Part shown: piece after piece, positions 26,357 through 36,152 of the stretch
Layout of the letters: each line of letters begins with the position of its first letter
How positions within the stretch are numbered: position 1 is the stretch's first letter
Source of the DNA: Alphaproteobacteria bacterium
GTDB taxonomy: Bacteria; Pseudomonadota; Alphaproteobacteria; MPNO01
DNA: 64,000 nt
Assembly: GCA_964291675.2 (NCBI GenBank)
Contig: OZ219866.1
Coordinates: 2,848,001 to 2,912,000 of the forward strand
Direction of reading: 5' to 3'
Notes under the pieces: model-generated
Seen by the model: the letters and a program-made list of their open reading frames with translations, nothing else
The model's database searches: none
Told to the model about the DNA's origin: nothing
Position numbers and translations under genes: made by a program

Positions 26357-27685
26357 ATGCCCGACGGTCCCGACAGGTCGCAGGAGTTCTTCGCCGCACT
26401 CGATATGCGCCGCGCCGGCATTCTCGACGCCTGCACCAGATGCGGCGACTGCGTGCGGGTGTGCCCGATGCCGGGGCCGGCGGGGCTCGACGTGTCGGAT
26501 GCCGAAGCCGTGGCCGCCGGCGTCATCGAGCTGATCCGCACCGGCGAGGGGCCCGACGCGGCGCGCCGCTGGGCGGAGATCTGCACCGGCAGCGGACACT
26601 GCATCCCGGCCTGCGAATACGGCGTCAATCCGCGCTTCATGCTGGCGCTCGCCCGCATCGCCGACTTGCGGAACACCCGCCCGGCGGCGGATCTCAGGAC
26701 CGGCGGCGGCAGGCAGTTCGGCGCCATGAGCCGGGGCGTGCAGACGCTGTCGCGTCTCCAGCTCCCGCCCGAGCTGCTGGCGCGGCTCGGCCAGATCGGC
26801 GCGCTCGCGCCCGAGCCGGAGCGCCCGGAGACCATCTTCTACACCGGCTGCAACGTGCTGAAGACGCCGCATATCGCGCTCCTGTGCCTCGACGTGATGG
26901 ACGCGCTCGGGGTCGAGTACGTGGTGCGCGGCGGGCCCAGCTATTGCTGCGGCGTCTACCAGTTCCGCGCCGGCGATCTCGACAAATTCGCCGATCTGTC
27001 CGGGCGCACCATCGACCGTTTCGCCGACAGCGGCGTGGACGAGGTGCTGTCCTGGTGCCCGAGCTGCCAGGTCCATCTCGGCGAGGCCGCGCTGGAGACC
27101 CGCGAGGCGGCGGGCGATTCGCCCTTCGACCTCACCCCCTTCGTGATCTGGCTCGAGAGCCGGCTCGACGATCTGCGCCCGCTGATGACCCGGCCGGTGG
27201 ACAAGCGCGTCGGGCTGCACGAGCACCCGGGCGTCGCCGGCATCGCGGAGGCCGCCGAGACCATACTCCGCGCGATCCCGGGGCTCGACTTCGTCGACCT
27301 CGCACAGCCCCGCGTCGGCTACATGTGCAACACGCTGTCGGTGCTGCCCGACTACAAGCGGGACGTGCACGCCGAGCAGCTCGCGGCGGCGGAGGCGGCC
27401 GGGGTCGACGCGCTGGCCGGGATCTACCACGCCTGCCACCGCGAGCTCTGCACCCACGAGCGCGACTGGCCGTTCGAGGTGGTCAATTTCATGGAGCTGG
27501 TGGGCGAGAGCATGGGGCTCGCCCGTCCCGATTTGTTCAAGCGGCTCAAGATCATGCAGGACGCCGACACCATCCTGGCCGACAGCGCCGAGACGATCGC
27601 CGAGTACGGTCTCGACGCCGGCCGCGTCCGCGAGGTGGTGGTGAGCGCGATGCTCGCCGAGCAGCCTTTGCCGCTGGGGCGTTAG
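26357..27685 (+). CDS. (Fe-S)-binding protein with CCG domains (GlpC/HdrD-like)
   Basis: CTRCGDCVRVCP, CTGSGHCIPAC, YTGC, YCCG, WCPSC, HACH. Confidence 0.88.
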   Translation: MPDGPDRSQEFFAALDMRRAGILDACTRCGDCVRVCPMPGPAGLDVSDAEAVAAGVIELIRTGEGPDAARRWAEICTGSGHCIPACEYGVNPRFMLALARIADLRNTRPAADLRTGGGRQFGAMSRGVQTLSRLQLPPELLARLGQIGALAPEPERPETIFYTGCNVLKTPHIALLCLDVMDALGVEYVVRGGPSYCCGVYQFRAGDLDKFADLSGRTIDRFADSGVDEVLSWCPSCQVHLGEAALETREAAGDSPFDLTPFVIWLESRLDDLRPLMTRPVDKRVGLHEHPGVAGIAEAAETILRAIPGLDFVDLAQPRVGYMCNTLSVLPDYKRDVHAEQLAAAEAAGVDALAGIYHACHRELCTHERDWPFEVVNFMELVGESMGLARPDLFKRLKIMQDADTILADSAETIAEYGLDAGRVREVVVSAMLAEQPLPLGR

Positions 27686-28486
27686 CTAACTCCCCGAGCC
27701 CAGCGCCCGTTCGAGGTCGCTGTTCAAGAACTCCATCGAGTCGTCGCTCAGCCCGCGCAGGCACTCGCGGAACGAGGCGACGATGCGGTTCGCGGTCTTG
27801 AACTTGCAGAGCCCGTAGTTGAACCGGGCGAAGCCGATGGCGGCGCCGGAGACCCCGCTCGCCTCGGCCTCGGCAACCATCGATGCCCACACCGCGTCCC
27901 GGTCGCCGGCGGGAAGCGCGTTGGACATCCGGGTCATCAGCCGCACCGCGGGCATGCGGTCGGGCTCCCGGTCGACGATCGCCGTCGCGAGCCGCCGGCC
28001 GTGGCCGGTCGCGGCCGCGATCTCGCCCGCCGTCTGCGGGCGCCGGTCCTCGGCGGCGGCGACCGGGATTGCCGACACGTTGCCGCCGACCGCGATTGCG
28101 GCATGCTCCAGCCCGTGCCGGTCGAGCAGGGCGCGCGGGACCGAGACGGTCACCGCGACATGGGTGCGGGAGGCGGCGATGGCCGTCGCGCCGTCGAGAC
28201 TTAGCGAAACCTCCCTCCCGTCCGCGCCGCGCCCGACAAGGGCGAGCGACTGTCCGTCGGCCAGGCGGTAGGCGCGGCCCGGCTGCGGCACGCGGCGGCC
28301 GGGCTGGAGGCAGAGCGTCGGCAGCTCGGCGCGGCACACATCGCCCGCGCAGGCCAGCGCGACCGGCCGGTCGGTCGAGAACAGCGCCAGCACCTGCGGC
28401 GCGGCGGCGGCGCCCGACGCGGCGAAGGCGGCCGGGGCGGCCACGAGAACGCTCGCCAGGGTCCGGTGGAAAGCCCGGTCGTTCAT
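27686..28486 (-). CDS. hypothetical exported Cys-containing protein
   Basis: GGAGG RBS; Ala-rich signal peptide; LACAGDVCRAELPTLCLQP. Confidence 0.7.
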   Translation of the reverse strand: MNDRAFHRTLASVLVAAPAAFAASGAAAAPQVLALFSTDRPVALACAGDVCRAELPTLCLQPGRRVPQPGRAYRLADGQSLALVGRGADGREVSLSLDGATAIAASRTHVAVTVSVPRALLDRHGLEHAAIAVGGNVSAIPVAAAEDRRPQTAGEIAAATGHGRRLATAIVDREPDRMPAVRLMTRMSNALPAGDRDAVWASMVAEAEASGVSGAAIGFARFNYGLCKFKTANRIVASFRECLRGLSDDSMEFLNSDLERALGSGS

Positions 28487-28643
28487 GGTTTCCTCCCGTT
28501 CCGTCACCGTCGGCCCCCGCCTTCGCGGGGACGGGCACGGGCCGACCGTCCACGTTTCGTCCGATTTCGATCCCGCGTCAACACGCAAGACGCCCGACGC
28601 ATGGGAAGAATCGGGAAATGCATATCGCGCGGGGTGCGGTGCG

Positions 28644-28681
28644 TCCCGCGATACGGCGCTTCGCGCCTGCTCGGGATGGGG
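28644..28681. repeat. single degenerate GTAG-type REP
   Basis: tcccgcgatacggcgcttcgcgcctgctcgggatgggg. Confidence 0.75.
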
Positions 28682-28740
28682 CATGGCGATGAGGGCGGAC
28701 CGCGCCCGGCTCTCCCTGCTCCCCTACCGCCACCACCACC

Positions 28741-28779
28741 CCGTCATGGCCGGACTTGATCCGGGGGCCGGCCATGACG
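28741..28779. repeat. CGTC-type palindromic repeat
   Basis: cgtcatggccggacttgatccgggggccggccatgacg; same core as 56871-56947. Confidence 0.75.
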
Positions 28780-28884
28780 CGGGCAGGTAAGACGTCGACC
28801 ATGACCGGCGGCGGTCCCCTCGTCGATCCGTGCCAGCCGACAGCTCGTCAAGTAATCTGGACAAGCCCCTATCGAAGGACGGCC

Positions 28885-30552
28885 TCAGCCGCCCGACGCC
28901 TCCTGCTCGCGCAGGCGGAAGCGCTGCATCTTGCCGGTCTCGGTCTTCGGCAGGTCGCCGACGAACTCGATCTCGCGCGGGTATTTGTAGGGGGCGATCT
29001 CCGCCTTCACGAAATCCTGCAGGCGCCGCGCCGTCTCCGACCCTGCGTCGGTCCCCTCGCGCAGCACCACGAACGCCTTGACGATGTTGGTGCGCGCCGC
29101 GTCCGGCTTGCCGATCACCGCGCATTCGGCGACCGCGGGATGGTCCAGCAGCGCCGCCTCGACCTCCGGGCCGGAAATGTTGTAGCCGGCGGAGATGATC
29201 ATGTCGTCGGCCCGCGCGACATAGCGGAAATACCCGTCGGCGTCGGTCTCGTAGACGTCGCCCGGGTAGTTCCAGCCGTCGCGGACATAGACCTGCTGGC
29301 GGTCGATGTCGTCGAGATAGCGGCAGCCGGTGGGCCCCCGCACCGCGAGCAGCCCGGGCTCGCCGGGCGGCAGGGTGTTGCCCGCCTCGTCGACGACGCG
29401 CGCCCGGTAGCCCGGGATCGCGCGCCCGGTGAGGCCGGCGCGCATCTCCTCCCTCGGCGCGGAGACAAAGATGTGCAGCATCTCGGTCGAGCCCAGCCCG
29501 TCGACGATGGGAATCCCGGTTGCGTCGTAAAACGCCTCCCAGGTCGCCCGGGGCAGGGTCTCGCCGGCGGAGACGCATTTGGCGAGGCTCGACAAATCGT
29601 GCCGGCCGGCGATGTCGGCCATCGCGCGGTAGGCGGTGGGCGCGGTGTAGAGGCTGGTGATGCGGTAGCGCGCGACCGCCTCGATCATCTCTTCCGGCGC
29701 GACGGGTCCGGGGAAGAAGCGGGTCGAGGCGCCGAAGCGCATCGGAAACGCGGTCAGCCCGCCGAGGCCGAAGGTGAAGGCGAGCGGCGGCGTGCCGGCG
29801 AACACGTCGTCCGGCGCCGACATGTCGAAATAGCGCGGGAAGCAGTCGCACATCGCGATCACGTCGCGGTGGAAATGCACCGTCGCCTTGGGATTGCCCG
29901 TGGTGCCCGAGGTGAAGGCGATCAGCGAGACGTCGTCCGATGCGGTGTCGCAGTTGCCGAACCCCGCTCGCTTCGCCCCGGCCGCGCGATCGAGCGAGGC
30001 GCGGTCCGGCCGGTCGCCGAGCGGCGTGAAGGTGAGCAGGTGCCGGAGCAGCCCCCCGCTGCGGTCGCGCGCCGCCTCCATCTCCTCCATCAGCGCGAGG
30101 TCGCAGAGCGCATGGGAGATCTGCGCCTTCTCGACGATGTGGACCAGCTCGCGCGCGCGCAAGAGCTGCATCGTGGTGACGCAGATGCCGCCCGCCTTGA
30201 GCACCGCGAACCAGCAGGCCACCAGCATCGGCGTGTTGGCCGAGCGCAGCAGCACCCGGTTGCCCGGCACCAGGCCGCAATCCTCGACCAGCACGCGGGC
30301 GATCCGCTCGGCGAGGTCCTGGAGCGCGCCGTAGCTCCACGTCGTGGCGTCGAAATGGAGGACGGGGCGGTCGCGGTGGCCGGCGGCGGCGGTCCCGTCG
30401 AGCAGGATCGCGCCGCAATTCATGCGGTCGGGATAGGCGCGGAGCTCGGGCAGGCTGTCGTAATCGAAGACCGGCCACAGCTCCCCGGGCGGCAGGTTCT
30501 CCGCCGCGAACCGGTCGGGATGGGCGCTCGGACCGCCGCCCGGCTCAGCCAT
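28885..30552 (-). CDS. aromatic acid--CoA ligase, 2-aminobenzoate-CoA ligase-like
   Basis: SAHPDRFAAENLPP N-terminus; AFTSGTTGNPKATVHFHRD; PPLAFTFGLG; DGLGSTEMLHIF; PKTETGK. Confidence 0.88.
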   Translation of the reverse strand: MAEPGGGPSAHPDRFAAENLPPGELWPVFDYDSLPELRAYPDRMNCGAILLDGTAAAGHRDRPVLHFDATTWSYGALQDLAERIARVLVEDCGLVPGNRVLLRSANTPMLVACWFAVLKAGGICVTTMQLLRARELVHIVEKAQISHALCDLALMEEMEAARDRSGGLLRHLLTFTPLGDRPDRASLDRAAGAKRAGFGNCDTASDDVSLIAFTSGTTGNPKATVHFHRDVIAMCDCFPRYFDMSAPDDVFAGTPPLAFTFGLGGLTAFPMRFGASTRFFPGPVAPEEMIEAVARYRITSLYTAPTAYRAMADIAGRHDLSSLAKCVSAGETLPRATWEAFYDATGIPIVDGLGSTEMLHIFVSAPREEMRAGLTGRAIPGYRARVVDEAGNTLPPGEPGLLAVRGPTGCRYLDDIDRQQVYVRDGWNYPGDVYETDADGYFRYVARADDMIISAGYNISGPEVEAALLDHPAVAECAVIGKPDAARTNIVKAFVVLREGTDAGSETARRLQDFVKAEIAPYKYPREIEFVGDLPKTETGKMQRFRLREQEASGG

Positions 30553-30624
30553 CGACCGCCTCCATCCCGTCCCTTCCGAGGTTCATGCCGGCAGGATAGC
30601 AAAATCCGTGTTCCGGTGACTCCT

Positions 30625-30640
30625 TGCACCATGCCTGCCC
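30625..30640 (-). promoter_or_regulatory. possible sigma54 (-24/-12) promoter for the CoA ligase
   Basis: Minus strand gGGcaggcatggtGCa has GG-N10-GC spacing; partial match to TGGCACG-N4-TTGCA. Confidence 0.3.
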
Positions 30641-30743
30641 CCCCGTCATGGCGGGCAAAGTGGCACGGCATCGCAAGGCATGGAAGTTTGGAGACAGGAC
30701 AGTAGTCTGTAGCCCCGCAACCCGCAGATCGGAGGGCGTGGAC

Positions 30744-31826
30744 ATGGCCGCATCGCCAGCCGACTACCTCGCCATCGACGCGGACGGGCACGTCCACGAA
30801 GAGGACGCGATGTTCGCCGAATACCTGGAGCCCGGCTTTCGCGCGCGCACGCAGGGCTGGGCGCTCAACGCCGACAGGAACCGGCGATTCGTCGTCGACG
30901 GCGAGGAGCACCCGCCGTTTCCGAAGGAGATCTCGGTCCGCAAGCCGATGCCGCCCGAGAGCCGGATCGAGGTGCTCGACAAGGAGCGCATCCGGCTCGC
31001 GGTGCTCTACCCCTCCGCCGCGCTGGTCGCGGGCTATCTGGAGCCCGGCTTCAGCCACGCCGCGATCCGCGCCTACAACGCCTGGATGGCGGATTGGTGC
31101 GGCGCCTTTCCCGAACGCCTCAAATTCGCCGCCCCGGTGGCGCTGCACGACATCGACGAGGCGGTCGGCGAGGCGCGCCGCGCGGTCGCCGAGCTCGGTG
31201 CGGTGGCGGTGACCGTCCGGCCCAACCCGGTCGGCGGAAGGCGGCTCGACCACCCGAGCCGGGAGCCGCTCTGGGAAGCGGTCGCGGAGCTCGGCGTGCC
31301 GCTGGTCGTGCACGAATCGACCGGCGATCCGGCGACCGCCGGCGGCGACCGTTATGGCGGGATGATGCGCCCGGAGAGCTACGTCTTCCACCACGTCGTC
31401 TCGCACCCCTTCGAGCAGATGATGGCGGCGATGGCGCTGATCTGCGGCGGCGTGCTGGAACGCCACAAGGCGCTCAAAGTCGGTTTCTTCGAGGCCGGCT
31501 GCTCCTGGGCGCCCTACTGGCTGGCGCGGCTCGACGACCATTTCGAGCACCCGCGGCTCGGTCGCTACATGCGCGGCCTCACGATGCGTCCGAGCGAGTA
31601 TTTCGCGCGCCAGTGCGCCGTCACCTGCGATCCCGGCGATCCGACCGTGCCGCTCGCGGTCGACGGGCTCGGCGCCGACAAGATCCTGTTTGCCACCGAC
31701 TACCCGCATTTCGACTCGGGCGCCGGCCCGGTGCGGGAGTTCCTGGAGGCGGCCCGGCCCGGCGAGGACGACGCGCGAAGAATCCTGCGCGACAACGCGC
31801 TCGACTTCTACGGGCTCGCCGGATGA
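30744..31826 (+). CDS. amidohydrolase_2 family protein
   Basis: AIDADGHVHE, RAYNAWMAD, GGVLERH...FFEAG, FATDYPH. Confidence 0.9.
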   Translation: MAASPADYLAIDADGHVHEEDAMFAEYLEPGFRARTQGWALNADRNRRFVVDGEEHPPFPKEISVRKPMPPESRIEVLDKERIRLAVLYPSAALVAGYLEPGFSHAAIRAYNAWMADWCGAFPERLKFAAPVALHDIDEAVGEARRAVAELGAVAVTVRPNPVGGRRLDHPSREPLWEAVAELGVPLVVHESTGDPATAGGDRYGGMMRPESYVFHHVVSHPFEQMMAAMALICGGVLERHKALKVGFFEAGCSWAPYWLARLDDHFEHPRLGRYMRGLTMRPSEYFARQCAVTCDPGDPTVPLAVDGLGADKILFATDYPHFDSGAGPVREFLEAARPGEDDARRILRDNALDFYGLAG

Positions 31827-33436
31827 TCGTCGAGCGCCGCGAGAGCTGGGAGGCGACTCGGGCGGCGTTTCGCTGGCGGCTGCCGGCACGCTACAACATC
31901 GCCGAGCATGTCTGCGAGCGCCATGTCGCGAGCCGGCGCCCGGCGCTGATCTGCCCCGGCGAGGCGGGCAGCAATTCCCGCGAATGGTCGTTCCGCGAGC
32001 TCTCCCGCCTCTCCAACCGGTTGGCCAACGCGCTGGCCGCGAACGGCGTCTGCCGCGGCGACCGGGTCGCCGTGATGGCGGGGCAGAGCGTCGAGACCGG
32101 GCTCGCCCATCTCGCGATCTACAAGCTGGGCGCGGTCGCGCTGCCGCTGTTCGCGCTGTTCGGCGCGCAGGCGATCGAGCACCGGCTCCGCGATTCGGGC
32201 GCCAAGGCGCTGATCGCCAACGCCGAGGGACGCGCGAAGATCGCCGGGCTGGACCTGCCGGCGCTCTCGCTGACGGTCGCGGAGGACTTTTGGGATTTTC
32301 TCGAACGCGGCCGGGACCGGTTCGGGATCGCGGCGACCGGCCCGGACGATCCGGCGCTGCTGATGTACACCTCGGGCACCACGGGACCGCCCAAGGGCGC
32401 GCTGCACGGCCACCGGGTGCTGCCCGGCCATCTGCCCGGCGTCGCCCTGCCGCACGAGTTCTTCCCGCGGAAGGGCGATCTGTTCTGGACGCCGGCGGAC
32501 TGGGCCTGGGCGGGCGGGTTGCTCGACGTGCTGCTGCCGTCCTGGGCCGCGGGCGTGCCGGTGCTGGCGAGTCCCGCCGGAAAGTTCGACCCCGAGCAGG
32601 CATTCGCCATGCTCGCCCGGCACCGCGTGCGCAACGCCTTCCTGCCGCCGACGGCGCTCAAGATGATGCGCCAGGCACCGGCAGCCGCCCGGCGCCGGCC
32701 CGGCATCGCGATGCGCTCGATCGGCAGCGGCGGCGAGAGCCTCGGCGAAGACCTGCTCGACTGGGGGCGGGAGGCGTTCGGCCTGACGATCAACGAGTTC
32801 TACGGCCAGACCGAATGCAATCTGGTGCTCGGCAATTGCGCCGGGCTCGAGAAGGTGAGGCCGGGCTGGCTGGGCCGCGCGATCCCCGGCCACGAGGTCG
32901 CGGTGCTGGATGCCGGGGGGCGCAAGATGCCGCCGGGCGAGACCGGCGAGATCGCGATCCGCCGCCCCGACCCGGCGATGTTCTTGGGCTACTGGCGGAA
33001 CGAGGCGGCGACCGCGGCGAAGTTTCGCGGCGACTGGCTGCTCACCGGCGATCTGGGCCTCTGCGGCGAAGACGGCAGGTTCCGCTTCGTCGGGCGCGAG
33101 GACGACGTCATCTCCTCGGCCGGCTACCGCATCGGACCGGGCGAGATCGAGGCATGCCTGGCGGGCCACAAGGCGGTCGCGATGGCCGCCGCCGTCGGGG
33201 TCCCGGACGCGCTGAGGGGCGAGATCGTCAAGGCCTTCGTGGTGCTGCGCCGGGGCGAGGCGGCGACCCCGGCGCTGGAGGCCGCGCTCCGCAGCCATGT
33301 CCGCGAGCGGCTGTCGGCGCACGAATACCCCCGCGAGGTCGAGTTCGTGGCCGAGCTCCCGATGACCGCCACCGGCAAGATCCGCCGCGGCGATCTGCGC
33401 CTGAGCGAACGCGGGAAGGGCAATCGGCCCAGCTAG
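31823..33436 (+). CDS. acyl-CoA synthetase (AMP-binding)
   Basis: YTSGTTGPPKG, EFYGQTE, GDLG, GYRIGPGEIE, PMTATGK; ATGA overlap with the upstream gene. Confidence 0.92.
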   Translation: MIVERRESWEATRAAFRWRLPARYNIAEHVCERHVASRRPALICPGEAGSNSREWSFRELSRLSNRLANALAANGVCRGDRVAVMAGQSVETGLAHLAIYKLGAVALPLFALFGAQAIEHRLRDSGAKALIANAEGRAKIAGLDLPALSLTVAEDFWDFLERGRDRFGIAATGPDDPALLMYTSGTTGPPKGALHGHRVLPGHLPGVALPHEFFPRKGDLFWTPADWAWAGGLLDVLLPSWAAGVPVLASPAGKFDPEQAFAMLARHRVRNAFLPPTALKMMRQAPAAARRRPGIAMRSIGSGGESLGEDLLDWGREAFGLTINEFYGQTECNLVLGNCAGLEKVRPGWLGRAIPGHEVAVLDAGGRKMPPGETGEIAIRRPDPAMFLGYWRNEAATAAKFRGDWLLTGDLGLCGEDGRFRFVGREDDVISSAGYRIGPGEIEACLAGHKAVAMAAAVGVPDALRGEIVKAFVVLRRGEAATPALEAALRSHVRERLSAHEYPREVEFVAELPMTATGKIRRGDLRLSERGKGNRPS

Positions 33437-33880
33437 GCCGCATTTCCCGCCACTGTCACGGCCTGCGTCGCGCCCGGGCGCGACCCTCCGGGCGGCATGA
33501 CAGTCGCCCTCGACCCGCCTTCGCCGCGATTCTCCAGCGAGATGTTCCCGCCGTGACCGCTGACGATGGTCCGCGCGATGGCGAGGCCCGAACCAGCGCC
33601 GCCCGTATCGCGGCTCCGTGACTCGTCGAGCCGGGCGAAAGGCTCGAACACCCGCCCCCGGTCCGCCTCCGGGATGCCGGGTCCTCGGTCCTCGACGCCG
33701 CCGCCGGGACCCGTGTCGTCTTGCGCAATCCGAACCGTCGCGCGGACGCCATGGATGCTCGCGTTCTCCGGCAGGTGGCGGAAGGCGCGGCGCATCGCGA
33801 TCGGCCGGCAGGAGATCGGCGAGGTCGACGGCCACGCTGTGGGGCAGCACCGCTGCCAACGCCAACAGCTGCGACGCCGT
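33433..33880 (-). pseudogene. sensor histidine kinase remnant (HATPase_c only)
   Basis: CRPIAMRRAFRHLPENA (degenerate N box), VEDRGPGIP (G1), VFEPFARLDESRSRDTGGAGSGLAI (F/G2). No H-box or sensor domain. A VDLADLL segment upstream is in a different frame. Confidence 0.75.
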
Positions 33881-34183
33881 CGGCCAGTTCGGCGGTACCA
33901 ACCAGGCCGGCGCCGTCGGCCACGCCTCGGGAACGGATTTCCGGTCGGTGTTCTGCGGAAACAAGGACTGAACCGGCGCGGCGCCCATGGCCTTCCTTTG
34001 CCGCCGCGCCTCCGGGGCGGCCCGCCGTCATCTACCCGCGGCCGGCCGTCCCCATTCCCCTTGCGGCGCCGTCCGAGCCGGGTTTCGGGAGACGTTGAGA
34101 CGCCATCCTTTAGCACATTGAAATCGCGTCAATAATCGGGATCATGCGCGCGCACGGCCAATTCACGGTTCACAGGAGCCGCC

Positions 34184-34465
34184 ATGCACAGGTTGAGCAC
34201 GAAGCGCCCCTTTGCGAAGGTGGGCAGCCCGCTCCGAAGTCTGGTCTCCGCGACAACGGTTCTCTGGCTCACCCTGTCCTTCGTCCAGGCGGCGGCATCC
34301 GCTCCGGGCCTCGCCCGCCCGAACGAAGAGGGAATTCTGAATTTCGGCTTCCACGCTCATCTCGACCCGGTGAGCTACAGCGCCGGCCAGGTCGACGCGA
34401 TCGCGAAAGACGGCCCCTCGGCGTTCATGCGTCGCGCCCGCCAAGCGTCCGCTGGGAATTCGTAG
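34184..34465 (+). pseudogene. short exported ORF, possibly a deleted substrate-binding protein remnant
   Basis: AGGAG RBS; signal peptide, then LNFGFHAHLDPVSYS and GQVDAIA resembling separate parts of polar-amino-acid-type binding proteins; only 93 aa. Confidence 0.35.
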
Positions 34466-34604
34466 CCACGGCGGCGGCGGTGTTGTTGCTCGACCGGCAC
34501 GCGGTCGATGGGGCGCTCTCCGGCGCGACGATCCAGCGGCACCGGCAGTCCATGTCGGAACGGGCAGGGGGTGGTGTCCGTTGCCGAATAGCCCGGGGAA
34601 CGCG

Positions 34605-36014
34605 ATGAAGGGTCTGGCGGATTCCTTCGCCCTCTACTTCGAGCGGCGGATGGCCCGCATTCTCCTTCTCGGAATCGTCAGCGGATTCCCCTGGGTGCTC
34701 ATCGGGAGCAGCCTCACCCTCTGGCTGAAGGAAGACGGGCTCAGCCGCGGCACCATCGGCTGGGCCGGCCTGATCTTCGGCGTCTACGCGTTCAACTTTC
34801 TCTGGGCCCCGCTGATCGATCGCCTGCGGCTGCCGTGGCTCTCGCGGCGGCTCGGACAGCGCCGCGCCTGGATCCTGGTGCTCCAGGCGGCGATCCTCGT
34901 GTGTCTCGCGCTGTGGAGCGCGCTGGATCCTTCCGAGAGCCTCGGAGCGGTCATCGCGGTCGGTCTCGCCGTCGCGGTGGCGTCAGCGACCCAGGACATC
35001 GCGATCGACGCGCTGCGTATCGAGCAAATGGAGAGGACCGAGGGCGAGGCGATGGCCGCCGGCGCGGCCGTTGCGGTGGTCGGCTGGTGGAGCGGCTTCA
35101 AGCTCGGCGGCATCGTCGCCCTGGAGACCGCCGCGGCCTTCCAGACCGCGGGCGTGGAGAGCTACTGGCAGGCGACGTTCCTCGTGCTCGGGATCGCGGT
35201 GGTGCTCTGCAATGTCGGCCTCTTGTTCGTGCGGGAGGCCCGGGCGACGGAACGAATAGCCGCCCAGGCGGAGGACGAGGAGCGCATCGCCGCGCGGCTG
35301 CACGTGTCCGGGCCGTTCGGCCGCGCCGCCGCCTGGCTCGGCGGCACCGTCGTCGGCCCCGTCATGCGCTTCTTCGAGAAGAACGGGTTCGCGATCGCCG
35401 CGGCGGTGCTGGGCTTCGTCTTCCTGTTCAAGATCGGCGAAGCCTTCATGGGGCGCATGTCGCTCGTCTTCTACACCGAGATCGGCTTCACCAAGTCCGA
35501 CATCGCGCTCTATTCGAAGGGTCTCGGCTGGATCGTCACCGTGGGGTTCACGCTGCTGGGAAGCCTCGTCGCGATCCGCATCGGTCTCGTTCGGGCCATG
35601 TTCGCATCCGGCATCGCCATGGCGCTGACCAATCTCATGTTCGCGCTGCTGGCCTGGTCCGGGAAGTCGGAGGCGCTGTTCGCCGCGGCGATCGTGATGG
35701 ACGACCTCACGAGCGCCTTCGCAACGGTCACCTTCGTCGCCTTCATCTCGATGCTGGTGGACCGGACCTATACCGCCACCCAGTACGCCCTGCTGGCTTC
35801 GCTCGGCACCGCGGGCAGAACGCTTCTCGCCGCCGCCTCGGGCGAGCTGGTGGATTGGCTGGAAGGAGACTGGGGCGCCTTCTTCGTCATCACGACGCTG
35901 ATGGTGATCCCCTCGCTGGTGTGCCTCTGGGCGATCCGGCGGAAGCTGCGCGACCTGCTGGCCGGGGCGCGGGTGCGGCTGACGGGAAGGGGCGCGGAGG
36001 ACGCGCCGGGCTAG
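34605..36014 (+). CDS. ampG: AmpG family muropeptide MFS transporter
   Basis: LGIVSGFPW, FLWAPLID, SATQDIAIDALRIE, YTATQYALLAS. Confidence 0.92.
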   Translation: MKGLADSFALYFERRMARILLLGIVSGFPWVLIGSSLTLWLKEDGLSRGTIGWAGLIFGVYAFNFLWAPLIDRLRLPWLSRRLGQRRAWILVLQAAILVCLALWSALDPSESLGAVIAVGLAVAVASATQDIAIDALRIEQMERTEGEAMAAGAAVAVVGWWSGFKLGGIVALETAAAFQTAGVESYWQATFLVLGIAVVLCNVGLLFVREARATERIAAQAEDEERIAARLHVSGPFGRAAAWLGGTVVGPVMRFFEKNGFAIAAAVLGFVFLFKIGEAFMGRMSLVFYTEIGFTKSDIALYSKGLGWIVTVGFTLLGSLVAIRIGLVRAMFASGIAMALTNLMFALLAWSGKSEALFAAAIVMDDLTSAFATVTFVAFISMLVDRTYTATQYALLASLGTAGRTLLAAASGELVDWLEGDWGAFFVITTLMVIPSLVCLWAIRRKLRDLLAGARVRLTGRGAEDAPG

Positions 36015-36152
36015 CGTCTCGGCGCGATACTCCCCGTCCCGGGGCGCTTGCGCGGGGCCGGGTGGAGGACGAACTCGACCGGGACGGCCGTCGAGACCGG
36101 CTCCGTAGCCGCTCGGCGAAACCGCCGGGCGGGGTCGAGCGCCTGCCCGTCC

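Noticed and set aside
30661-30675. Plus-strand sigma54-like TGGCACGGCATCGCA
   Set aside because: GG-to-GC spacing is 9 rather than the required 10.
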